Source: Mobula hypostoma
Lineage: Eukaryota
Direction of reading: 5' to 3'
DNA: 62,071 bases
NCBI RefSeq assembly: GCF_963921235.1
Contig: NC_086106.1
Location: 16,306,001-16,368,071 of the forward strand
Shown: positions 35,871 to 46,599 of the stretch, one piece after another
How positions within the stretch are numbered: the first letter of the stretch is position 1
Layout: each line of letters opens with the position of its first letter
The notes under the pieces: generated by a model
The model's database searches: none
Told to the model about the DNA's origin: nothing
The model's input: only the letters and a program-made list of their open reading frames with translations
Position numbers and translations under genes: made by a program

Positions 35871-38762
35871 TGCCCAGGAACAGAGGACCTCAGTGCACAA
35901 GTGTAGACCACACAACATGCATGGGTCCCTGGGGCTCTCTGTTCACCCCTGCTCTTCCAACTCTCTGTGTTCTTCTCCTGGGTGACTTGGGTGATTCTAT
36001 CTAAACCTTCTGGGATGGAATGACCTCTTGTCAATGGTGCAATCAGAACTTCCCCTTTCCCTCACAGGAGCTGGACCTGCTCCAGTTCTGATGGGGAAGA
36101 AGAGGGTATTTCAAACCATGTAGTCACAGGACTTCCTGCCAAGACACACAAGACTCAGCAAAGTTGTGCATCAATATCTGTCATCAAAGTTCCCCACCAC
36201 CCGGCCAAGACATCTCTCAGCTCCCACTGGGCAGGGGGCACTCAGGCCGGAAGTTCCACACTGTCCTATTCAGGAACAGCTGTTTCCCCTCAACTATTTG
36301 CCTCTCAATCCGACTGGCACGAGCCTAAATCACCATGACAACTTCGCCCTACAACAAACTTTGTTCCAAAACGTGTTCTGGGTTGCATCACAGTTTGGTG
36401 TTGCAGCTCGAATGCACAGGAACGTGAGAAGGTGCAGGAAGTCGCAGTCTCAGCCCGGCAGATAACGGGCTCGTCGCTCCCCACCATCAGCAGTATCTGC
36501 AGGAGGCGTCGCGTCCGGAGTCCAACACCCACCCATCTGGGCCAGGCCATCTTCTCACAGCTCCCATCGGGCAGGGGTTACTGAACCCTGGACACCCAGA
36601 CCACCAGGTTCAAGAACAACTATTTCCCTTCAACCATTCGGTTCTTGAACCAACGGGCAAGACCCTGACCGTTACCACAGTACAGCGACACTGTGACCAC
36701 CCTGCTCTCCAATAGACTTCGCTTTTTATTCCAATTGTGTTTTCTCATAAATAAAATTGTGTGGAATATATGTTTACGGGACGTTATATGGCACAGTCAT
36801 AGAGAAGTACAGCATAGAAACAGGCCCTTCGGCCCATCTACTCCGTGCCAAACCATTTAAACTGCCTAGTCCCATCAGCCTGCGCCGGGACCATAGCCTC
36901 CAATACCGCTACCATCCATGCACCTATCCAAACTTCTCTTAAATGTTAAAATCGCACTTGCATGGACCACTTGTGCTGGCAGCTCGTTCCACACCCTCAC
37001 AACCCTCTGAGTGAAGAAATTTCCCCTCATGTTCCCCTTAAACTATTCACCTTTCACCCTTAACCTATGACCTCTGGTTGTAGTCCCACCCAACCTCAGT
37101 GGAAAAAGCCTGCTTGCATTTACCCTGTCTGTACCCCTCATAATTTTGCCTACCTCTATCAAATCTCCTCTCAAGAATACAGCCCCAACCTATTCAATCT
37201 TTCCTTATAACTCAGGTCCTCCAGACCCAACAACATCCTTGTAATTTTTCTCTACTCTTTAGAACTTATTGACATCTTTCCTGTCGGTAGGTGACCAAAA
37301 CTGCGTACAAAACTCCAAATTAGGCCTTTCCAACGTCTTACTCTATTTCAAGGCTCAGCATTATCTCCGTATTTAATATTCTATTCCCCTTGAAATAAAT
37401 GCCAACATTCCATTTGCCTTCTTCGGCACAGACTCAACCTGTAAATTAACCTTCTACAAGTCTTGCACAAGGACTCCCAAGTCCCTTGGCACCCCTGATG
37501 TTTGAATTTTCTCCCCATTTAGATAACAGTCCACACTATTATTCCTTTTGCCAAAATGCACTATCATACATTTCCTATCACTGTATTCCATCTGCCACTT
37601 TTTTTGCCCATTTCCCTAGTTTCCATTTTCTGTTCCCCATCTCGCCAGTTTCTAGTTTCTGTTTACGAAATTCCCCAGTTTCTGGTTTCTGTTTCCCGGT
37701 TTCCTGACTTTCCGGCGTCTGTTTCCCAGTTTCCTTTGCCATGTGACTCCCTGCCTCCACCTGAAGACACTCCCTGGAATGGGCCTGGGGGCTGGAGTTA
37801 TTAGGAGACAATGGACAGCCTGGGACATTTCCCTGGAGTGAAGGAAGCCAAGGGACAACGATACCAATGCTTATAAAACCATGAGGGGTGTTGATAAGAG
37901 ACATTTCCCCAGGGCAAGGAAGTCTAAAACTAGAAGGTGAAAGGGTGAAGATTTAAAAGGTTTATAAAATCCTGATTGAAGCTTAGAAGATTATGAGAGG
38001 CATAGATAGGGTAAACAGCCGGTAACCTTCTCCCCTGAGAGGAGATGTCAACTACCAGTGGGTGCACTTTTAAGGTGGGGAGAGGGATAAGTTCAAAGAA
38101 GAGTTCTTTTGAGAAGAGAGCTGTGGGTGTCTGGAATGTGCCGTGTGGAATGATGGTGGAGGCGGATACGACAAAGGCATTTAAGGGGCTGTTGGACTGA
38201 CACATGGATAGGGAGCATGTGCAGCGAGATGGGATTTAGTTGTATTTGACGTTGGACTTGGCACGGACATCTAAGTTCCAAGTCCAAAGCAGACTGATTA
38301 TCAAAGGACACATACGTCACCGTATACAATCCTGAGATTAATTTCCTTGTGGGCATTCACAGGAAACACAGCAGAATCAATGAAAGTCGCCACGCGATGA
38401 CGGGCAAACAACCCAATGGGCAAAAGACAACAAGTTGTGTAAATACAAAAAAGAAAATAAAGCAACATAATTAATAAATAGATAAAAAGGGGAAAAAGCT
38501 AAGTAGTTAATAATATAAGTTGAAGAGTCCTTGAAAGTGAGTCTGTAGCTTGTAGAATCAGTTCAGTGTTGGGGGGAGTGAAATTATTCACACTGGTTCC
38601 TGATGGTCGAGGGGTAGTAACTACTCCTGGACCTGGTGGTGCGGGTCCTGAGGCTCCTGTACCTCCCTCCTGATGGCAGCAGCGAGGAGAGAGGAGAGCA
38701 TGGCCCAGATCATGGGCCGAAGAGTCTGTTATGGACACACAGGGTCACGCACTACGGAAGCA

Positions 38763-38960
38763 GGCCCATTGGCCCATGCCAACCCAGATTCCCATTGGCC
38801 CATGCCAACCTAGATTCCCACTGGCCCATGCCAAGCAAGATTCCCACTGGCCTGTGCCAACCCAGATTCCCATTGGCCCATGCCAACCTAGATTCCCACT
38901 GGCCCATGCCAAGCAAGATTCCCACTGGCCTGTGCCAACCTAGATTTCCATTGGCCCATG
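38763..38960. repeat. 26-bp tandem repeat (CCAACCYAGATTCCCAYTGGCCCATG) with 78-bp higher-order period
   Basis: About 7 units read directly; the translated ORF repeats every 26 aa. Confidence 0.85.
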
Positions 38961-41689
38961 AACCTCCAGACCTTTCCTTTCCATGGACTTGTCCAACTGT
39001 CTTTTAATGTACAGGGAGTGGTTGAGAGGAATAAGATTTTATTCCTTGGAGTGTAGGAGACTGAGGGGTGACTATATAGAGGTGTACAAAACAATGAGGG
39101 GCACAGATAGGGTGAATGCCCGCAGCCTTTTTCCCCAGGGTTGGGGAATCACAAACCAGTGGGCACAGGTTTAAGGTGAGAGGGGCAAGAATAGGAACCC
39201 AGGGGCAGCTTTTTCACCCGGGCATTTGTCCGAACATGAAATGAGCTGCCAGAGGAAGTGCTTGAAGCAGGTACATTAATAACATTTAAAGGGGACTTGG
39301 ATAGGAAAGGTTTAGAGAGATCTAGGCCAAACACAGATGGAGGGGAGTAGCTTGAATGGCAATTGTGGTAGGGCTGAAGGGGCTATGTGTGAATATATGA
39401 TAGGAAAGGTTTTAGGACATATTCTTGAGTTATGGAATATAGCAAATATTAATTTCAGCATTGACCTGTCTTCAGACCTGAATATGGATTGTAGATTGAG
39501 TTTAAGATGCAGCTCAGAACAATGGTCTTCTTGGAACTGCAGACTGGGATCGATTGCAAACCAGGAAAGTCACCATGGACCTGAGATGTCTGCATATGCA
39601 TGAAGGCAACTAAGAGACAGTGGTGATTAACATTCAGTCTCGGGTGTTGGTGTGAAGATCTAGGTGTTTGAAAACTATACATAACTCAAAGGGAGCATTA
39701 TGAATGCATTGTATCAATAGAAATTGTCCTACAATGTCATCTAACGTTGGGTTGGGGAGCCTCTTCTTCGAAGAATGTCTCCTGTATGATGCCTGGTTGT
39801 TGTGCAGAATAAGAGCTTCTATACCCACCAGCTTCAGCGTCTCCCGGTGCCTTCGTTCACAGCCACAACAGGCTAACGTGGGTCAAACGCAGGCAGCCAA
39901 CGTAATGAAAGACCCTACCCACCCCAGATGTTCTCTCTTCTCCCCTCTCCCTTCGGGCAGAAGATACAGACTCCTGAAAGCACGTCCCACCAGGTTCAAG
40001 GACCAGCTTCTGCCCCACTGCTATCAAACACTTGGACGGTCCTCTTGTACGGTGAGACTGACCCTTGACCTCCCAACCTACCTCGTTAGGATCTTGTATC
40101 TTATCCTTTCCCTGCACTGCACTCTTCCCTGTGGCTGTGACACTTTACCCTGCATTCTGTTACTGCTTTAGCTCGTTCTACCTCAATGCACTCTGTAATA
40201 ATCTGATCTTTATGAACCGTGTGCAAGACAAACTTCTCACTGTATTCGGTACTTGTGACAGTAATAAACCAACTTACTGACTCCACAGAAGTTTATAAGA
40301 TTAAGACAGGCACAGACAGACGGGCTAGTGTCTTTTCACAGAAATAAAATCTACAGCACATTACAGGAAGGGTGTGGGGGCTTTGGAGAGGGTGCAGAGG
40401 GGCTCGCCAGGATGCTGCCTGGATTAGAGGACAGGAGCTGTATGAAGACGTTGGACAAGGTTGTTTTCTCTGGAGTTAAGGAGGCCAAAGGGAGACCTGA
40501 CAGAAGTCTATCGATTATGATGGGCAAAGATGGTGTAGACAGTCGGTATCTTTCTCCGCAAGGTGGAAAGATCGAATACCAGGGGGTGTGAATTTCAGAT
40601 GGGAGGGGGCAAGTTTGTGTTTACACAGAGAGTGGTGGGTGCCTGGAATATCCTGCCAGGGGTGGTGTTGGAGATAGACTGGCCATCATTTGTCTGGTAT
40701 GGAGGGAGGGGGCTGCTGCACGGGACCGAAAGAAGCTACAGAGGGTTGTCAATCTAGTCAGCTCCATCTTGGCTACTAGCCTACAAAGTACCCAGGACAT
40801 CTTTAGGGAGCGGCGTCTCAGAAAGGCAGCGTCCATTATTAAAGACCTCCAGCACCCAGGGCATGCCCTTTTCTTACTGTTACCATGAGGACTGAGGCAG
40901 GAGCCTGAAGGCACACACTCAGCGATTCAGGAACAGCTTCTTCCCCTCTGCCATCCAATTCCTAAATGGACATTGAAGCCTTGGACACTATCTCACTTTT
41001 TTTAATATACAGTATTTCTGTTTTTGCAATTTTTAAAAATCTATTCAACATACGTAATTGATTTACTTGTTCATTTATTTATTATTTATTTATTTTCTCT
41101 GCTAGATTATGTATTGCATTGAACTGCTGCTGCTAAGTTAATGAATTTCATGTCACATGCCGGTGACAATAAACCTGATTCTGGTTTTCAGCAGGGACAG
41201 TGTGGGCTGAATGGATGGTGCCCGCAGTGACCGGTTGCCCCAGTGTGGGGCGAGAAAGCAAGGGGTCTCCCAGAGAACCCAGCACATCTGTAGTTGTGAA
41301 CTTCCCACTATTCAGGACATTTACAAAGACAGGTGTGTGAAAAAGGGGCCCAAAGAATCATTGGGGACCCGAGTCACCCCAAACTCAAAACTGTTCCAAC
41401 TCCTACCATCCGGGAAACGGTACCACAGCATAAAAGCCGGGACCAGCAGGCTCCGGGACAGCTTCTTCCACCAGGCAGATTAACTCACGCTGATACAATT
41501 GTATTTCTAAGCTATATTGACTGTCCTGTTGTACATACTATTTATTATAAATTACCATAAATTGCACATTGCACATTTAGATGGAGACATAACGTAAAGA
41601 TTTTTACTCCTCATGTATATGAAGGTTGTAAGTAATAAAGTCAATTCAATTCAATTTACACCCCTCTCAAACTAATGGGGTACCGCAGG

Positions 41690-42660
41690 TTCAGTGCTGG
41701 GACCGCAGCTATTTACAATATACATTAATGATGTAGATGAAGGGATTAAATGTAACATTAGCAAATTTGCAGATGACACAAAGCTGGGTGGCAGTGTGAA
41801 ATGTGAGGAGGATGTTATGAGAATGCAGGGTGACTTGGACAGGTTGGGTGAGTGGGCAGATGCAGTTTAATGAGGATAAATTTGAGGTTATCCACTTTGG
41901 TGGCAAGAACGGGAAGGCAGATTACTATCTGAATGGTGTCAAGTTAGGAAAAGGGGAAGTACAATGAGATCTAGGTGTCCTTGTTCATCAGTCACTGAAA
42001 GTAAGCATGCAGGTACAGCAGGCAGTGAAGAAAGCTAATGTCGGCCTTCATAACAAGGGGAGTTGAGTATAGGAGCAAAGAGGTCCTTCTGCAGCTGTAC
42101 AGGGCCCTGGTGAGACCACACCTGGAGTATTGTGTACAGTTTTTGTGTCCAAATTTGAGGAAGGACATTCTTGCTATCGAGGGAGTGCAGCGTAGGTTCA
42201 TGAGGTTAATTCCCGGGATGGCGGAACTGTCATATGTTGAAAGATTGGAGCGACAGGGCTTGTATACACTGGAATTTAGGGGGATGAGAGGGTATCTGAT
42301 ATAAGATTATTAAGGGATTGGACACGCTAGAGGCAGGAAGCATGTTCCCGATGTTGGGGGAGTCCAGAACCAGAGGCCACAGTTTAAGAATAAGGGGTAG
42401 ACAATTTAGAACGGAGTTGAGGAAAAACTTTTTCACCCAGAGGGTTGTGGTTCTGTGGAATGCTCTGCCTCAGAAGACAGTGGAGGCCAATTCTCTGGAT
42501 TCTTTCAAAAAAGAGTTAGATAGAGCTCTTAAAGATAGCGGAGCGAAGGGATATGGGGATAAGGCAGGAACTGGATACTGATTGTGGATGATCAGCCGTG
42601 ATCACAGTGAATGGCGGTGCTGGCTCGAAGGGCCGAGTGGCCTACTCCTGCACCTATTGT
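41690..42660 (+). mobile_element. CR1 LINE 3' part abutting the V-exon donor
   Basis: KFADDTKLGG, RPHLEYCVQF, RKNFFTQRVV motifs. The tail ends about 40 bp from the V-exon donor. Confidence 0.88.
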
Positions 42661-42701
42661 CTAATGTCAAACGCGGCAATGTGTGGAGACACTGGACTCA
42701 C

Positions 42702-43085
42702 TGCGCTCGACGGAGAGGGAGATCCCGCAGCCACACCAGTCCGTGGCGTTGACGTCCCAGAGGTTGTCGGTAATCTGGCAGAAGTAGCGGCTGGTGTCGA
42801 TGGACATGGCACGGTTGATCTGCAAGGACATGGTCCCGCGGCGGATGTCCTTGCGGGCCAGGTAACGGTCGCTGCTCCCGGCGGGGTATATGGGCTGTTG
42901 GGAGCCGGGCTCCCAGTACAGCAGTTTCTTGAGGCCTCCTCCCCCACCGGGAGGCACGTACAACCACAGGAAGTACCGGTTGTCATGCTGGTAGGAAAAC
43001 CGACATTGCAGGGACACCGGAGAGCCCTCAGTGGCCACCATCTTTGCCGAGGACACGCGGAAGTTGGTTCCAGCCAAGCAGGAGC
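42702..43085 (-). CDS. Ig V-set exon with germline-joined J-like FR4 (non-rearranging VJ)
   Basis: 384 nt, phase 1-1, acceptor tctccctag|, donor A|GTGAGT. SLQC...FLW...DRY...MSLQI...DTSRYFC-CDR3-WCGCGISLSVE; Cys-Cys spacing 75. Confidence 0.93.
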
Positions 43086-43121
43086 CTAGGGAGATTTTTT
43101 TAAAAATGGAGTGGTCAGCAT

Positions 43122-44160
43122 CAGTTCCCGTCTCCGTATCCCTGGGTCAGACCCACACCGGGAGCATGATCACCGTGCACAGTTCCCGTCTCCGTATCCC
43201 TGGGTCAGACTCACACCGGGAGCATGATCACCGCGCACAGTTCCCGTCTCCGTATCCCTGGGTCAGACCCACACCGGGAGCATGATCACCGCACACAGTT
43301 CCCGTCTCCGTATCCCTGGGTCAGACTCACACCGGGAGCATGATCACCACACACAGTTCCCGTCTCCGTATCCCTGGGTCAGACCCACACCGGGAGCACC
43401 GCACACAGTTCCCGTCTCCGTATCCCTGGGTCAGACCCACACCGGGAGCACCGCACACAGTTCCCGTCTCCGTATCCCTGGGTCAGACCCACACCGGGAG
43501 GACCGTGCACAGTTCCTGTCTCCATATCCCTGGGTCAGACCCACACCAGGAGGACCGTGCACAGTTCCCGTCTCCGTATCCCTGGGTCAGACCCACACCG
43601 GGAGCACCGCGCACAGTTCCCGTCTCCGTATCCCTGGGTCAGACCCACACCGGGAGCACCGCGCACAGTTCCCGTCTCCGTATCCCTGGGTCAGACCCAC
43701 ACCGGGAGCACCGCGCACAGTTCCCGTCTCCGTGTCCCTGGGTCAGACCCACACCGGGAGCATGATCACCGCGCACAGTTCCCGTCTCCGTATCCCTGGG
43801 CCAGACCCACACCGGGAGCACCGCGCACAGTTCCCGTCTCCATATCCCTGGGTCAGACCACACCGGGAGCATGATCACCACACACAGTTCCCGTCTCCGT
43901 ATCCCTGGGTCAGACCCACACCGGGAGGACCGTGCACAGTTCCTGTCTCCATATCCCTGAGTCAGACCCACACCAGGAGAACCGTGCACAGTTCCCGTCT
44001 CCGTATCCCTGGGTCAGACCCACACCGGGAGCACCGCGCACAGTTCCCGTCTCCGTATCCCTGGGTCAGACCCACACCGGGAGCACCGCGCACAGTTCCC
44101 GTCTCCGTATCCCTGGGTCAGACCCACACCGGGAGCACCATGCACAGTTCCCGTCTCTGG
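43122..44160. repeat. 52-bp family A array (some 60-bp variants) in the leader-V intron, inverted relative to the C-region arrays
   Basis: Unit GGGTCAGACCCACACCGGGAGCACCGYGCACAGTTCCCGTCTCCGTATCCCT is the reverse complement of the 12960-13590 unit. Confidence 0.95.
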
Positions 44161-44208
44161 GTGAGAACCACACCGATGTAATTAGAAGGAAAAGAGTAGG
44201 TCCCTTAC

Positions 44209-44254
44209 CAGCAAAGAGGAGAAGGAGCTGGATCTGAACGATATTTGACACCAT
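44209..44254 (-). CDS. Leader (signal peptide) exon of the Ig-like receptor, MVSNIVQIQLLLLFA-G
   Basis: Strong Kozak CCAGCATGG, hydrophobic core, 46 nt ending G|GTAAGG (phase 1). Splices in frame to GC-SCLA|GTNF of the V exon, the typical split-leader layout of Ig/TCR V genes. Confidence 0.88.
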
Positions 44255-44460
44255 GCTGGTGGGAAGGGTTTCTGTGTGTCAGAGCCCCAGGAACATGGCA
44301 CTGCCTGATGATAGCTGACAGACAACTGTGCTCTGAGAGCACTTTTGCGATGTGGACTCTCGCTCTGAGTCATCCAGGAAACACTGGGAGCTGACATGGC
44401 ACAAAAGAGAAGAGGGAGCACAAGACTCTTGGGATGGGTCAAATGGGGATTCCTTCGTGT

Positions 44461-46165
44461 CAGACCCTGAGAGTGTGTGATGGGACGGTGTGGAGGGAGA
44501 TACACTCTGTGTCTGACCCCGGGAGTGTGTGATGGGACAATGTGGAGGGAGTTTCACTCTGTGTCTGACCCCGGGAGTGTGTGATGGGACGGTGTGGAGG
44601 GAGCCTCACTCTGTGTCTGACCCAGGGAGCGTGTGATGGGACGGTGTGGAGGGAGATTCACTCTGTGTCTGACCCTGAGTGTGTCTGATGGGACGGTGTG
44701 GAGGGAGTTTCACTCTGTGTCTGAACCCGGGAGTGTGTGATAGGACGGTGTGGAGGGAGGTTCACTCTGCGTCTGACCCTGGGAGTGTGTGATGGGACGG
44801 TGTGGACGGAGATTCACTCTGTTTTGGACTCCGGGAGTGTGTGATGGGACGGTGTGGAGGGAGCTTCACTCTGTGTCTGAACCCGGGAGTGTGTGATGGG
44901 ACGGTGTGGAGGGAGTTTCACTCTGTCTGACCCCGGGAATGTGCGATGGGATGGTGTGGAGGGAGATTCACTCTGTGTCGGAATCCAGGAGTGTGTGATG
45001 GGACGGTATGGAGGGAGCTTCACTCTGTGACTGACCAAGGGAGTGTGTGATGGGACGGTGTGGAGGGAGATTCAATCTGTGTCTGACCTTGAGTGTGTCT
45101 GATGGGACGGTGTGGAGGGAGTATCACTCTGTGTCTGAACCCAGGAGTGTGTGATGGGACGGTGTGGAGGGAGCTTCACTCTGTGTCTGACCCCGGGAGT
45201 GTGTGATGGGACGGTGTGGAGGGAGTTTCACTCTGTGTCCGACCCCGGGAGTGTGTGATGGGACGGTGTGGAGGGAGTTTCGCTCTGTGTCTGACCCCGG
45301 GAATGCGTGATGGGATGGTGTGGAGGGAGAATCACTCTGTGTTGGAATCCAGGAGTGTGTGATGGGACGGTATGGAGGGAGCTTCACTCTGTGTCTGACC
45401 CCGGGTGTGTGTGATGGGACGGTGTGGAGGGAGATTCACTCTGTGTCTGACCCTGAGTGTGTCTGATGGGACTGTGTAGAGGGAGTATCACTCTGTGTCT
45501 GAACCCGGGAGTGTGTGATGGGACGGTGTGGAGGGAGGTTCACTCTGTGTCTGACCCCGGGAATGTGTGGTGGGATGGTGTGGACGGAGATTCACTCTGT
45601 GTCTGACTCCGGGAGTGTGTGATGGGACGGTGTGGAGGGAGATTCACTCTGTGTTGGAATCCGGGAGTGTGTGATGGGACGGTATGGAGGGAGCTTCACT
45701 CTGTGTCTGACCCCGGGAGTGTGTGATGGGACGGTGTGGAGGGAGATTCACTCTGTGTCTGACCCTGGGAGTGTCTGATGGGATGGTGTGGAGGGAGCTT
45801 CACTCTGTGTCTGACCCCAGGAGTGTGTGATGGGACGGTGTGGAGGGAGTTTCACTGTGTTTCTGACCCCGGGAGGGAGTGATGGGAAGGTGTGGAGGGA
45901 GTTTCACTCTGTGTCTGACCCCGGGAGTGTGTGATGGGACGGTGTGGAGGGAGTTTCACTGTGTGTCTGACCCCGGGAGGGAGTGATGGGAAGGTGTGGA
46001 GGGAGTTTCACTCTGTGTCTGACCCCGGGAGTGTGTGATGGGACAGTGTGGAGGGAGTTTCACTCTGTGTCTGACCCCGGGAGTGTGTGATGGGATGGTG
46101 TGGAGGGAGTTTCCCTCTGTGTCTGACCCCCGGAGGGAGTGATGGGATGGTGTGGAGGGAGAGTT
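44461..46165. repeat. 52-bp minisatellite family B (GGGAGTGTGTGATGGGACGGTGTGGAGGGAGTTTCACTCTGTGTCTGACCCC)
   Basis: About 32 tandem units filling most of the intergenic gap between the two genes. Confidence 0.96.
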
Positions 46166-46410
46166 ACATTTTGAAGACTATTGAGAACAGGAATTTCACA
46201 GTGGACGTCCATACCCTGAGGAGTGTTGTAGAAAAGGGAGACCTGGGGGTTGGTTTGGCACATGGGTTGGCATGGGGCAGGAGGGCCGAATGGCTTGCGG
46301 TTGTTTTGTTGTGATGTGGGGTGTGGGCGGAGCAAACACTGTCAATCAACTGATGGAAGAGTGACAGCTGTCAGTACTGGGGGTTGGTCAATGAGCTGTC
46401 CGTCAGAGGA

Positions 46411-46440
46411 GTAGGCGGGCCTCCGGGCGGAAGTGGTGCA
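46411..46440 (+). promoter_or_regulatory. Probable METTL3 core promoter elements: GC box and ETS/GABP-type site
   Basis: GGGCGG at 46425-46430 overlaps CGGAAGTG at 46428-46435, about 75 bp upstream of the ATG in a CpG-rich patch. No TATA box seen. Confidence 0.5.
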
Positions 46441-46508
46441 CCGGGCCTACCGTTCGCTTTGCAGCCTCGGGCTCGAGTTGTGGCTACGGCCCGGAGCCCG
46501 GAACCAAG

Positions 46509-46599
46509 ATGTCAGACACGTGGAGCGACATCCAGGCCCACAAGAAGCAGCTACACAGTCTGAGGGAGAGGCTGCAGCGGAGGCGGAGGGAGCCAGGCG
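46509..46599 (+). CDS. METTL3: METTL3 (m6A methyltransferase catalytic subunit) coding exon 1
   Basis: MSDTWSDIQAHKKQLHSLRERLQRRRR closely matches the vertebrate METTL3 N-terminus; donor G|GTGAGG, phase 1. Confidence 0.96.

Noticed and set aside
36066-36087. Minus-strand 22-nt segment between a strong acceptor and GTGAGG
   Set aside because: Its length is not a multiple of 3, so it would frameshift the V-C1 junction. No supporting evidence.
12212-44254. Assigning a gene symbol (IgM, IgW, IgNAR, TRD, SIRPA, UrIg) to the receptor
   Set aside because: The architecture fits none exactly: there is no RSS/D/J cluster or secretory tailpiece, CDR2 is present unlike VNAR, and no ITIM pair like SIRPA was seen. 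A database search and phylogeny are required.
12960-46165. CRISPR-like regular repeats
   Set aside because: The units are contiguous with no unique spacers, there are no cas genes, and the DNA is eukaryotic with spliceosomal introns.
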